Source of the DNA: Anthoceros angustus
Taxonomy: Eukaryota; Plantae; Anthocerotophyta
DNA: 64,000 nt
NCBI GenBank assembly: GCA_010909165.1
Contig: VJWM01000197.1
Span: 341,477-405,476, forward strand
Direction of reading: 5' to 3'
How positions within the stretch are numbered: the stretch's first letter is position 1; each line of letters begins with the position of its first letter. Position numbers and translations under genes: made by a program. Below are positions 23,805 through 36,200 of the stretch, in pieces. The notes beneath the pieces are model-generated. The model searched no databases and was not told the origin of the DNA. It was given only the letters and a program-made list of their open reading frames with translations.

Positions 23805-24544
23805 AAAGTACAACGGAATTTAGGAATAATCAATTGAAAAGAAAGCCGAACCTCCAATGTGATTTTGCCAGCATTGTAATAAGATATAGCCATGTTGTAA
23901 AACGTAGCCTAAATAATTTCAATATGATGGGTGTCCATCGCCCTGCAGCGGGAGCTGGCCAACGCGATATATAGGACGACGGCAAGCGTGGAGCAGGCGG
24001 CATTATTGATACCAGCGTGAGGTAGGCCCTTTCCTATCCCCGATCTTGATATCTTTGGTGTGGGTAGACAGTTATAAGATTGGCGACAACGGGGTTAGTC
24101 CCTATGGTATGGTGCCCTCATAAGGGTTATTCCGATAGGTTTTCCATTTCTTTTTCATAATAAATTCTCCATTTTCGAATCGGGTCTCGTACTCTATGTA
24201 CCGACTAGTTTTTTCACCAGAGAGTTGTGACTCTGGAGGCCTGTGCTCGAGGCCACGGTCACGAACGGCATCTTCTTTGCTTGGGCATAAATAGGTGCAT
24301 CGTTGGGATGGACTTGGCAAACTCTGTAGGTGACTGGAGCGACTCCGGTTAGGGCGGATGGAAGGTTGGAAACCTAGAGGCCTGCATATCCCATCCGAAT
24401 TCCACTCCACGCTCTCGGTGCCGGGACGTGACGGCCCGCACTGCTCATGAGCTACATACATTGCTGTCCTTTGCCAGTACAGGGCGACATCACGGTTTGC
24501 TGCAAATCACTTTGGCGGGGGAGATCGGTTTGTTGGAGGAGGAC

Positions 24545-25873
24545 ATGGGTTGGGATTCCAAACCTTTCATTGGTAGCAAAAGGAGGAGGCCTGATGTGGA
24601 GGATGAAGTGTATTTGGACAACTTCCACACTCACAAAAGATACCTTTCGGAGGTGGGTGCCTGGGCTTGCATTTCCTCGTTTTGGTGTTTGCTCGGGCCG
24701 GGCCGATGCGAATGGCAACTCGTGTTGGTTCTTCTGTCTCGCAGGTTATGGCGTCTAGCTTGAACGGACTGAGAGTAGGGGAGGCTGCCTCCAACAGCAC
24801 CAGGCCGTCACCGTCCCTGTCAGATCCCCTGGCCTCCCCCGCCCGTACTGACACAGGCTGTTTCTCGAGATCAGCGTCATCGTTTCCAAGCCTGGGGTAT
24901 GTGTTCGGTTTGTTGTTGAGTTGAATTCAGAATTGGGGTGATGGAGAGGTTGGTCTGACCGGAAGGGATTGATATTAGGGATGATCTGTCAACTTTGGAC
25001 TCCCCCATGTCCGAGGACAGTGATGAGAGCGTTGGCTATCGGATGCGTGGTGTGGAGAGTATGCAGCAAGGTGTTGTGGAAGCTTCTTCACTGAGTCCAT
25101 CCTCTCCGCCACGGCGGACGCAGAGAATACCGAGCTCACACAACCTTCCTGCTGGGTCCTCCTCTTGGACACCGACACCGATGCGGTCTCCGTATGCTTC
25201 TTCCCATCCTCTGCCCTGTTCTCGACCTCGCAGCAACGAAGCAGAAGGTCGTCTGCCGCCCTCGCCAAGTGATGCCTGTCAGTCGGCGGATTTGCGGAAG
25301 GCTACCTTGTTACGGGCTTTGCACCGAGCTCAGTCACCAAGCCGACCTGCGTCTTCTGTGGTCAGAAAAGACAAGGTGACCGTTCCTGATGTACAGCACA
25401 GTGTGGTGGAAGTTGCGAGTGTGGCTGAGCAGACTGGATGCAACAGTGAGGTGCTGGGGTCCCCTCTACGTGGAGCCTTCCTTGGAGCAGCAGGACGAAG
25501 TTCAAGGGTGCGCAGCTTGCTTCTGGATGAGCAGCCAGCTATGTTCACTGGTGCCACATCTTCTGAGGCTTCATTGTCATCTGGGAATGAAGATCGGCAG
25601 TTGGGGAAGTCACATAGCGTTTCGGTAGTCGATGGTTCTGATTGTAAAATGAAGAGTGGTTCCGACCCTTCGAGCTTAAAGCCTGAGATATCTTTCAGCT
25701 ACTCTTCCAAGGACGGCAATGTGTCTGACACGGAATCCTCCTTGTCACGGAAGTCTGCTAGGGCTTCTTGCTCAAAAACCAGTGCAAGGAAGCCGCCTAC
25801 AGCACAGGTGAAGCAGGCAGAGGTGGATGAGGGGCTCCCGACCAGGACTGGCCAGGTGGCCAGCATCTGGTGA
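24545..25873 (+). CDS. Land-plant protein of unknown function, Ser/Pro-rich, 3 exons
   Basis: YLDNFHTHKRYLSE|VMASSLNGL.VGE, DSPMSEDSD and PPSPSD.C.SADLR.A.LLR motifs recalled from plant uncharacterised proteins; GT-AG junctions. Confidence 0.75.
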
Positions 25874-26040
25874 GACGCAAGAAGCGGCGGCGAGAAAACT
25901 GATGGAAAGTCACGAGCTTTGTTCACTATCTTTGTACATAACAGGCCTCCCATTGGCCCTTGTAAGCTGAATCTGTAAGTATGACTGGACATCTGGCTTC
26001 CCTTCTTCTACTGCACCGTTCTGGCACTTGTCGACAAACC

Positions 26041-27300
26041 TTACGGTCTCATGCTCAACGCACCCATGTAGAAGAGGCTGATTTGCCTTAGCACCCACTC
26101 GTAGTCTGTTTGCATTCCCAGAGTGTGAAGGCCATGATCAACGACTTCCTTGTCAACCCATGATTTCTCGATGTCATAGTGCAGCAGATTCTCCAACACC
26201 CGCAGGTCGTGTGAATATTCAGGATGCCTGCCACTCAAGAGGCACAGATCTTCCTCAAAGGCTTCAAACGGAAGCAGGTATCGAGACAACCCAATGGTGG
26301 TAACTTAGAGTATCTTACCCACAGAATGTGAGAAAGTGGTGAGGCTTGTACTGAACTCGACGTCACCGACCACAACAGCCCGAGTTGGTAAGTCATGAAG
26401 GAGGACAGATATGGGACAGAACGGACTGGAATGAAGACAGCAATACTTGCCAGGGCCTGGTACTCGGTAGTGTTGTTAGAGGCAAGAGAGACGAAGCCCG
26501 GCGGCAGCTCCAGAACAGCATCATTGTGGTGGTAATGCATTCTGAAGTCGACCCGATCAGTGGCAAAGAGACGCTGTGCCTGCCCCGTGAGCTTGGCCTC
26601 GCGGACAGAGACTTCAGAGCCCTACCATCACCATGACCATCAATTTAACCATAACCATGCAAATGAGCACGCACAGCTATCTCACGTCTCCAAAGTGACG
26701 ATTCAATGTCCGACCTTGGGGTTGCGATCTACATGGCCACCCAGAGCCGCTGGAATGGCTTGGTGACCGAAGCTGATCCCGCAAGTCTTCACTTCCCCCC
26801 TGTCTAAGCCCCGTATGTTCTGCCCATACCCGGGGAGCAGCACGCAGCCTTCAGAACACTGACCCAAGTAAGGGCACACAAACCCCAGCAGCGTGCACTC
26901 TTACCTCCAGCAGCGTTTGGATCCAGGGATCACCATCATACACCCCGCTCAAAGATCCTGATATGAGCACACCGTCGAACTGGAGCACATCGTCAGGATA
27001 TTCTCCTGCCTTCACATCGAAGCCTGACAAGACGGACGCTGACACAGTGAGACGCGTTTCGGACTAGTTGAGAATTCGTCTTATGTTCAGAGACTTCCAC
27101 CGGTGAGACGGATGCTGGGAAGGTCAGAGGTTCTGGAATGATCGAAGGCCCGCTGCAGCAACGTGAGATAGCCACCAGTGAGGGAGTAGACCTCGGGCCG
27201 GAGATGCTCCTCCAGCCGCTCGCACTGGTAGAGAGCTACTCGTAAGCCAGCTCTCAATGCCATCGAAGTAGGACAAGCCTCCAGGCCGCTCGATGTTTCG
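26041..27300 (-). CDS. Class I glutamine amidotransferase-like (GGP/GAT1 type); 5' end unresolved
   Basis: Spliced motifs GEYP..FDGVLISGS....DPWI, GISFGHQ..ALGG, H.DAVLELP, GHPEY. N-terminal exons could not be joined cleanly. Confidence 0.7.
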
Positions 27301-27583
27301 CTGTTCTATAGGTAAGGGTTCATCAGAACAAGTGTCAGCCGGATGGCTACTCCAATAGAATGGAAAAGAAGATTTTAATTGTTGTCCACCAAGGACGCAT
27401 TTCGTCAGTGAATTCAGATTGTCTGGATGCATGCATGTATGTCTGTAGCTTTAATCCTCTGATATCCCTATGGATGTACATATGTGAAATGATGCCCGTA
27501 CTTCCACCAGTCGAGGTTCAATGTGCAAAATGGGGCAGGGCCCGGGACATCCCGCGAGGTACTGGTACTCGAGATGAAGCCCC

Positions 27584-28963
27584 TCACCGCCGCGAATGAA
27601 CAAAACTGGAGACAACTGATATGCGTCCGCCAATTTTCCTGCGCAACTGCTTAGCCCGAGCCCTGGAGACGCCGGGACAGTCCTGTACATCGATGACCTT
27701 CAAGTTACGTAATAACGTCGCTGTATGACTGCCCAGCTCAGCAAGACCCCGGTCCGTGACACCGGATTTGGACACGCACAACTGGCGCAGTGCGTCATTC
27801 TTTCGGGAGTGCATCAGAGCGCGGAGTCCTTGATCGGTGACTGCACCATCTTTCACACTCACAAGCTGCAGTCTAGCTTCACTTCCAGCCAGTAGCTCGA
27901 GAATGGGGTCACCGACTGCACAGCCCCTCAGCTTCACCTTACTCAGCCTGTTCTGGCATTGCTCAACCACTGATCCCACTCCTGCACCTGTCACACGGCG
28001 ACACCCAGTGAGATCCAGCTGCTGCAGATTCCGGAGCCGGGGTGCCATGGCTGCAAGCAGCTCGTCCGTCACAACATCAGTGCACGTCAGAGCCAGCACT
28101 TTCAGATTCCAACTCCCCCCGTCGGGAACCTGCGGGACAGGCAGACCCTCCTGTTTGTAGGCCATGGAGTTGAGCTCCAGATGTCGAAGACGGTTACAAC
28201 CTCGCAGCACCGTCATGAGACCCTCTCCGGTGAGTTTATAACATCCCAACAGACGCAGCTCAGAAAGCCTGGGGCACCCCCTTGTAAGGTCCGCTGCACC
28301 GTCGTCATCCAGCCCCGATGCCACCGTCAAATGCAGCGACCTCAACACATTCCCGTACCGTAACAACTGTGCCAAAGAACCCCCACGCAGGGTATGACAC
28401 TTCTCGATGGTCAGCGCTGACAGAGTTCTCGCAAATGCACCCACCACTTCGTAATCACGTTCTTCTAGCCAAGAGGCATCACGAAGAACCAACGCCCTGG
28501 TGTGCAGCGGGCATGCCCGGAGCAAAGCAACCTGCAAGAACAACCTGGCAATTCCAGGGTTTGGATCGAATCTCTCAAATCTCGCCACACGTTCCCTGTC
28601 GATCGCTCTACAGGTTGGCCCGAAGCACCCCTTCCTCTCCCTCAATTCAAGCAGAGCCAAATGGGCATGCCAATCCTTACAGACCAAAGAAGCTTCATGC
28701 CACTTCCCCCGTCTACGGACGTACATCAGAACGTGTTCGAGACATTCGCTATTCAGATAGCGTATGCCTTGAGGTTCGTCATCGTTCACAGATGTTCCAG
28801 CCTCAGCTCCGGCCCCCGCCGATGCGCCCCCAGGATTTGCGTCCCCAAGGTTGGCGCCCCCAGGGTCTGGCCGACGCCTGACCGCCCTCTCCTCACTCAC
28901 AACCACACCCCTCTCCCCCGAGCGCTTCCTGCTCCGCCGCTTCTCCCTCACCATGGCAACCAT
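27584..28963 (-). CDS. F-box/LRR-repeat protein (cysteine-containing LRRs), intronless
   Basis: F-box-like LNSECLEHVL..ASLVCKDWH and repeats L..L.L.GC..LT..G. First in-frame ATG at 28963; the ORF track start at 29047 is a GTG. Confidence 0.88.
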   Translation of the reverse strand: MVAMVREKRRSRKRSGERGVVVSEERAVRRRPDPGGANLGDANPGGASAGAGAEAGTSVNDDEPQGIRYLNSECLEHVLMYVRRRGKWHEASLVCKDWHAHLALLELRERKGCFGPTCRAIDRERVARFERFDPNPGIARLFLQVALLRACPLHTRALVLRDASWLEERDYEVVGAFARTLSALTIEKCHTLRGGSLAQLLRYGNVLRSLHLTVASGLDDDGAADLTRGCPRLSELRLLGCYKLTGEGLMTVLRGCNRLRHLELNSMAYKQEGLPVPQVPDGGSWNLKVLALTCTDVVTDELLAAMAPRLRNLQQLDLTGCRRVTGAGVGSVVEQCQNRLSKVKLRGCAVGDPILELLAGSEARLQLVSVKDGAVTDQGLRALMHSRKNDALRQLCVSKSGVTDRGLAELGSHTATLLRNLKVIDVQDCPGVSRARAKQLRRKIGGRISVVSSFVHSRR

Positions 28964-29148
28964 CAGCGGAAGCAACTTCCACACGCAGATGTTGAAAACC
29001 AACAGCAGCAACCCCCCCACCACAGACAGGACCTCGAACGAAGCCACTGCTGCTGCGCAACCAACCCCAACCCCACCCTCCTCCTACTCCCTACTCCCCT
29101 CCTCCTACGCCTCCCGATCCACACCTCCACCCAAACCCTCACCTAATC

Positions 29149-29418
29149 CTACTGCCGCTGCTCCCCTTTCTCCACCAGATACTGCTTCTTGTACTGCTCC
29201 AGCACATGGTCGTTGGTGTACTGATGCAAGCAGTCGTTCATCTCCTTAGATTGCTCCCGGCACGCCCACACGACAGAAAACGTTCTTCCCGCCGCGCAGT
29301 CCGCGAACTTGGCTAGCACGGCGTCACACTCCTTCAGCGCCCGATCCTTCATCTTCGTCCGCAACCCCTCTTCCACCTTCTTCTGCAGCCTCGACTCCCG
29401 CGCTGCCTTGGCGTCCAT
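29149..29418 (-). CDS. CMC1: COX assembly mitochondrial protein, CMC1-like twin CX9C
   Basis: C-x9-C..GRTFSVVWAC-x9-C in an 89-aa intronless ORF. Confidence 0.88.
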   Translation of the reverse strand: MDAKAARESRLQKKVEEGLRTKMKDRALKECDAVLAKFADCAAGRTFSVVWACREQSKEMNDCLHQYTNDHVLEQYKKQYLVEKGEQRQ

Positions 29419-29573
29419 TCCCTTGCCCTACTTGGCATCAGATGGCCATCTCCGCAATCGGACGCCTCGTCTTCTCCAGATCCTGCTCCGGCGCCGTCCA
29501 GGGACTATCCGAGAAGCTTCTGCGCTGCATCCAGTGATAGTAGGCATGGCGGGAAGGGTATTAAATAACGCGG

Positions 29574-29583
29574 ATTAGGGTTT
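29574..29583 (-). promoter_or_regulatory. Telo-box (AAACCCTAAT) in the 326-bp divergent CMC1/SWAP1 spacer
   Basis: attagggttt on the + strand. Confidence 0.55.
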
Positions 29584-29744
29584 ATATCATGTGCCCCGGA
29601 AAACACGACGATATCGATGCTGCGACGGTCTGTCATGTGACTGTGGGTTGAGATTTCTGCTGCTTGCATCCGGCAATCACTGATTGCGGTGTGTTTCTTG
29701 GCGGGAAGAGGATGGAGCTTGGGACCTGAAGCGCAACAGGCACT

Positions 29745-32190
29745 ATGGAGCAAGTGCAAGGCTACGGGCACGGCTACATGCAGCAGCCGGGCGTGCAAGT
29801 GCAACAGCAACAGCAGCCGCAGCAGGGCTACGCGCAGCAGTATGGGTACCATCCAGGAGGCTACCAGTTCGGGATGGCGGCAGCGGCTCCGCCTCCGGTG
29901 CAGGCGCAGGGATTCTTTAATCCCTGGGATCCGCCGCCGCCTCCCAGCCCGGCGCCGCTGGATGTGGACCTGCAGAAGAGGATCGACAAGCTGGTGGAGT
30001 ACGCTGCCAAGAACGGGCCTCAGTTTGAGGCTTTGATGAAGGAGAAGCAGAAGGATAGTCCGGCATACGCATTCTTGTTCGGGGCAGAGGGCCATGCTTA
30101 TTACAGGTACAAGTTGTGGATCACCATCAACCCGCACTTGGCTGGACTGAGTCAGGCTATACCTCAGGCTCTGAATCCGGGGCTCCTGGTTTTGAATGCA
30201 CCCGTCAATGCTCCTTTGGCACCTGTTCCCGGCCTGAACCCGGCCCTGAATCCGGGAGTGGCTGTCGGAGTGAGGCCGTTTGGCGGCCCTGTGTACTACG
30301 AGCAGCAGCAGCATCACCTCCACCATCACCACGGCCAGTTTCAGCCTGACAGATACGGAGGATATGGTGCTCAGCCTTTTGCAGCACAAGTTGCGTCATT
30401 GCCCCCGGATGTTGCAGCTGAGCTGAAGGGAGTTTTGGATAACTTGACTGGCAGTAAGGAGTCGATCAAGGTAGCCAAGACGTGGTTCTTGTCCCGGGCT
30501 GCTTATGCAGCCCCTCTGGCAGAGTCTATGAAGGATAGACTTCTTGCTACGGAGGACGTGGAACGACAGCTTCATGTGCTATTCGTAGCCAACGAGATCC
30601 TGCTGAACAGGTTTTGAATCCGGCTTCTGTGCTTTGGTGTTCTGATGGAATTGTCGGTCACTGTTGTTGGCTCTTTTGTGGTCAAGCTTGTCAGCATGTG
30701 AAAGGTCGTAGTTACAAGCTGCAGTTGAAGTTCGAAATGATGTTTGTGCAGAATGGGCCAGCGGAGCAATCCAAAGGAGCTTGATAATGAAGCGTTGGCT
30801 TTTCGGCCTGTTTTAGGTGCCATGCTGGGTGCAATATATCACAGCAAGCACAACGTGGAGTCCAACCAATCTCGGCTCCAGAAGATGTTGCAAGTCTGGG
30901 GTCAGGCGGAGGTTTATGACATCGACACTGTCAATCAACTGGAAGGAGAGATGGTTGCAGGGCCTCCACCGTTACCCAGGTTGCACCCGGTACCATCTAT
31001 GGTACCACCACCTCCGCCACCAGAAGCTGCAGCTCCAATACCGCAGGCAGCAATTCCAGGTACTTTAGTAACAAAGTGACTCCTTGCGATTGGTTAAATA
31101 GAATAGGTGTCCACGGATTCTTGGGGGGCATTGTTGAGATGCTTGGATTCGTCAAGTCTTGGGTCTCCCCCTGGCTAATGTCTGTGTATGCTCGGTTATG
31201 GGTGCAACAGGTCAGGTGCCATACACCTATCCCTCGCAGTGGCAGCAAGAACCTCAACGCAGCACCCAGCCACCTGACCATCAACAGGATCAACAGCCAC
31301 AGGCACCCCCACAACAGCAAGCTCCCCAGCCAGCCCAGCCTCAGCCACTGCAACCACAGCCATTGGTCCAGACCCAACCTCAGAGTCAGACTCAGCCTTT
31401 GTCGCAGCCACAACCAGCAGCAGCTGCAGTGCAGGTGCAGGCCCCATCACCCCCTCCGTCCTCTGCTTCCCAAGCTCCAGGGTTTAGCAACGTGCCTGCT
31501 GCACCTCAGTTTTTTAGCGCGTCAGGCTTCAACCCCTCAGGACCACAGTTTGTGGCAGCGGGGTCTGTTCCCACCTTGTATACTGGGATGACTACACCGT
31601 TCCTAAACCAAGTGCCAATACCTGTTGTTCCTCCGGTAACAACGCCAGCCATCGCTCAGCTCCCAAGCATAAGACCACCACTTGATGCCAGCACCCCTTA
31701 TCCTCTGTTCCCACCAGGGCTTATCCCTGGGATGGTTAGAAAGATGCAGATAGGCAGTGGTGTACCCTACTCTCCCTTGAGCCCTCTCGACATTCCTACT
31801 GTTATTCCGGCATCCACAGCGTCCGAGTCTTACATTTTGGAGCGCGTCTCCAAATTCTTCAACGACATCGGGGAGATCGATCCATTAGACGGGCAACAAA
31901 GGACAAGTGCAGATGGCGCCACCAACGACGACAGCGACGATGAAGAGAAAAGCCGTGATGGTGGGGCGCGCATACCTCCGATGCGTATGCAGGTGGACCT
32001 AGAAACAGGTACCCTTCCAGACGGGAGCGTGGAGCACAGACCCGGCGTTGGTGGTGCCGGGAGACTGGGTCTTGGAGCTGAGGCTGATCCCAACAAAGTC
32101 ACCCAATACGACGACGTCTACACATCTTACAGGAAGCAGCGTAGCACAAATTATCACACATCTCTTAGTGCTAGAGCTGTTTCAAGATGA
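29745..32190 (+). CDS. SWAP1: SURP/SWAP + CID(RPR) splicing factor, CHERP/SWAP1-like, 3 exons
   Basis: SURP: [28 protein letters not shown]; CID: [13 protein letters not shown]; C-terminal [20 protein letters not shown]. Confidence 0.88.
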
Positions 32191-32433
32191 CCCTAGCCTT
32201 CGACTCAACAGGTATCTAGCTCTTCGAGAACCAATTAAATGTCACAATTCAGTTTCTTTGTGAACTGACGAGGGAATCGCCCCAAGACATAGGTAGGTAC
32301 CACCCTAGAGGCTTTCACGTTGCTTGGGCTTGTGTTCACGATCGCCCCCGTCCGTCGGCAATGACAACCTAATCTGACACACTAAAATTCTCGAAACGCA
32401 GAGAAACACACTTCAAGGCTGGCGAGTCCGGTC

Positions 32434-32694
32434 TCACGGTCTTCCCCCTCGCCGCTTTGCAGTCCCGCCGTCGACTCCTGTTGCGGAGGCTTCGTCCGGT
32501 ACCACGGTTTTCTGGACAATGACAACTGGCGTGCCTGTGGAATCCGTGTGCTTCCCTGCGAAGTACCAGAAGGAGTAACCCAGCACTAGAAAGTTGAGAA
32601 TCAGAATGGCTATCCAGAAGAGAGCCTCTGACCAGCTCCCCCAGTTCTCATCGCTGTGGTGCCCATGCCAATCGAATCCTGCTGCGCCGTCCAT
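32434..32694 (-). CDS. Small single-pass membrane protein of unknown function (86 aa)
   Basis: Hydrophobic span ALFWIAILILNFLVLGYSFWYF, basic tail; AG acceptor just upstream of the ATG. Confidence 0.5.
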   Translation of the reverse strand: MDGAAGFDWHGHHSDENWGSWSEALFWIAILILNFLVLGYSFWYFAGKHTDSTGTPVVIVQKTVVPDEASATGVDGGTAKRRGGRP

Positions 32695-33211
32695 CTCCAC
32701 AGCCGCTGCAACCGTCAGTTTTATCTCTCTCTGATCAGATCCCTTGTGACGTCGATCTCCGTGAACTGCCGTCTACACATGTAGTCCGGACTGGCTCCAC
32801 TCGATCGTCTTCGCAGATGGAAATCTCAAATCGTGGGTGACCTCGGGAAGGCTGCTTCCTCACCAGGCTCCGAGATCAGAAGCCAGTATGGACTGTAGAT
32901 GTGAGAGAGATTCGCATCCTCGGGACGATCCTTTTTTCTTTTGCTAATGTTAGCCTGGAATTAATTAGTATAGCAACAGGACAGCGTGTTCAACTTTCAA
33001 ACTTCCCTCCCTTTCCTGCACTTACGCCTTCCTGCCCGTCCCTCGACTGTTCCGTAGATTAGCACTCTGTACAGTACAGTAATTTCTTGAGCCGGGCTCG
33101 GAAGTGTTTGATGATTCTGTGAAGCCTTGGAGTGTCTCATCAGCTGGAAGGGTGGTTGTGGTTTTTGTTCTCGAGACATCGTGTTGTGTTATCGGCAACT
33201 CGTGCATCACT

Positions 33212-36200
33212 ATGCTGCTGCGCACACCGCCTCCGCGGCAGAGGCCCCCTGCCCAGCCGGGTTCGCAGTCGCCCGAGGAGAGGGGCTCTTTTTCTCTGCA
33301 CCGCAGGTTGTGGGAGCAGTCATCCATGTCCACACCCTACCATCACACCATCAATGTGCCCTCCCCACCTAAGAGACCCCGTTTTGTTTCCGGAGAGGAT
33401 GAGCCTGGGACCCCTTCCTTCAGAACTCCCCTCGGGGCAGGGCAGCAGCTGGTGCCTTATGGACAGAGCCTCTCGGTGCAGGATAGTCTAGTTCGGGCTG
33501 AACAAGGAGGGCATTTGGAGGAGGACGAGGAGCCCCTCCCTCTGGATTGGGATTCCATGCGGTGCACCTACAAGTGTACCAATATGGTACTGCAATGGCT
33601 TGTGTTGTGGTGGGGATGCCGATTGTGTTTTGGAGGATGGTAATTGGGAGTTTGATTGTGGGTGTACGTATGGTTGACTGGCTTGCAGGTGAAGTCTGAG
33701 CTTCTGGCCACTTTGGAATCGTCCTCAAAGCAGGTTGTTGAGCTGGAGAGCAGCTCCAAGAGCCTGAGAGCTCGGCTGGATGCTGCTGGTGGGTGGTGTT
33801 GTGACCGAGGTGTTTCGTGTCGGAAGTATGTGGATGTGCAATGGCAGTCAGTCACGGGTGGTTGTTTGTGTGATTTCTGATGCAGAGGCGGAGAATAAAT
33901 TATCCCAGGAGAAGATTTCGTCTTTGGAGCAAACTATCCAAGTGGTTAATGCTCGAGAGAAATCTCTACAGTCCCAGAGGATGACTGAGGTTGAGAAGGC
34001 CGAAGAATTGCTTCGGCAGCAGCTGAAGAGATGCAACGAATTGCAGGTAGCTGGTTTTGTCTTTCATGTTGCATTTGAACATGCGTATGTAGGGATGTGC
34101 TATGTGGGGTGATGATTCTGGTCTACGACATTTGGGGAAATGGTTTCAGTCCTAGCACTGGCCTCGCAGGCAAAGGTTAGTAACAGCTGTTTGTTCAGGC
34201 ACGCCTGCAACAAGAAATGAAGCTGAAGGCAGAGGCCGAAGCCTCGGCAAGTGAGGCCATAGCTCGGGCTGTCAATGCTGAGGCAGCAAAGGACAAGCTG
34301 GCAGAATCTGCAGCATGGGAGGCAAAGCAGCTGAAAGAGCAGCTTGAAAGGCTAAAGAAAGATAATGAATCTGTTGTTTCCAGGCTACAGACAGAGGTGG
34401 TATTTCAAGATCTTGTTTGAGTACTTCCATCATCAGTTAGAGATCCAACATTTTCTGTGGGTCAGTTTTCATGTGTGTGGACTTTTTTTTCTATGCACGC
34501 TAAGCAGAGATTTCCATGTCTGCAGAATATGCTGGAAAGAGGGCACGTACAGAGCACAGCAGCTGAAGGAGAAACCCTGAAGGTGCTGGTAGAAGACTTG
34601 CAGAAACGTTTGGCAGAGGTAATTCGAGGTTGCCTAGCTTTGGTCTTCTTTTGGCTTTCAAATTTGTTTTCTGCATGCAGTTGGTAGTTCAAATTCTGGT
34701 GTTGTGAAAAGAATTTTTGTCCTGCAGAGCAATGAAGAAAAGCGAGAGCTGGAGCACAAGCTGTGTAGTGCAGTGGCTCAGGCTGTCACACGCATTACCA
34801 GCCCCTCAGAAGCTGACTCCGTGATTAAGCATCTTCGGGAAGAATTAGCTCAGAATGTAAGTATATGTTAGTTTTGCAGGCTTCAATCGTCAGGAAGACA
34901 AATCTCTAGGATGTTCTCTGCGATCCCAACAAGTGTCCAGCATCGCCTGTTGTCTGACGTCTTGTTCCTTCTGAAGTCCGCAGATGTGCTGGAAGCAAGA
35001 AAGTTAAAACAGGTGCACACCAATGTCGAACTTCTTAAAGAGAAACTGGAAAGTGAGAGAGAGCGCGCAGACAGGGCAGAGGCCGCACTTTCAAATCTTG
35101 TGGATATGGAGTTAAGAATCTGCGAGCTTGAGGGTGAGCTCCAGGCTTGGAAAGACACTGTAAATCAGCTCCCAGGTGTTTTTCGCCGTGAAGATGTGCT
35201 ACCCAAGTTTGAACAACTTCAAAAGTATGTATTTTCTCTTGTTCGAGCTTTTACTGGTAACGTGTGTCGGTAATCGGACGTCTTTGAGACCTTGGTTTGC
35301 GGCAGTCTGAAAGGAGTAAGTCGGTTAATGTGAACAGGGATGTCCTAGCAGAGTCGGCTAAAACAGGGCAAGTGAGCACTCAAGTTGCAGAGCTACGCAA
35401 GGCGTTGGAAATCGAAGAGGCTGCAAAACTAGAGGCCTTTTCACGGGCTGAGTCCGCTCTTGGGCAAGTGGCCGAAGTTAATGTAAATCTGAAACGCATG
35501 GAGCGCAAGGTAGAGTGTTTTCGCCTGGCTATTAGTTCTGGACTACTGTTGCAAATTGTGTGGTGAGCGATTCTCAAGTTTCTTCTCGTTACAATGCATG
35601 ATCATGAGGCTGACGGCTTCCATTTGCAGATGGCTTTGCTTACTAGGGAGAGGGATGGGCTGAAAGCTATTCTTGCTTCATATGATGAAGAAGAAGCTGT
35701 GATATTGAGTCATCAGAAGTCAGGTAGCATTGTAGATCTTGCGACACCTGAAAAGGTCAAGCAAAAACGAGTACAGGTATTTCCTGTCTCCTGCTTACTT
35801 TAGTCGGTGACATACCCATTCTGTAGTCTGTAGCTCTATTCATCTAATCGTAGAGGATGAAGCAGGAGTTGGAATCGGCACTGGAAGATGCCAGACGGCA
35901 TTCGGAGTCTCTGGAAGAGAGCTTGGATGCGACATCGGCTGAGCTGAAAGCAGCACTAGCGAGAGTGGGACAACTTACCGACCAGTTGAAGGAAGCAGAA
36001 GGAAGGATTACAGCACTGGAGGGAGCGGAGTCTGCGCTTAGGGAGTTCAAGGTGCATGTTTGACATTATGCACGTTTGGGTGGGAATGAACATCAGGCGG
36101 TGATATGGAACCCTTTCGCCCAGCAGCCAGCTAGAAATGGAGTGGTTATGAGTCTGCCCTTCACTGGGTATTTCGACACATGCTGACAGTATTCCACATG

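Noticed and set aside
26695-26712. Apparent premature TGA in the amidotransferase
   Set aside because: It falls inside the intron starting AAG|GTCGGA; splicing gives NPK|GSEVSV in frame.
28964-29047. GTG-initiated hydrophobic N-terminal extension of the F-box protein
   Set aside because: Artefact of prokaryote-style start calling; no evidence for non-AUG initiation.
1353-29418. SLP2 and CMC1 as a MIA40-substrate cluster
   Set aside because: Over 23 kb apart in different compartments; no evidence beyond coincidence.
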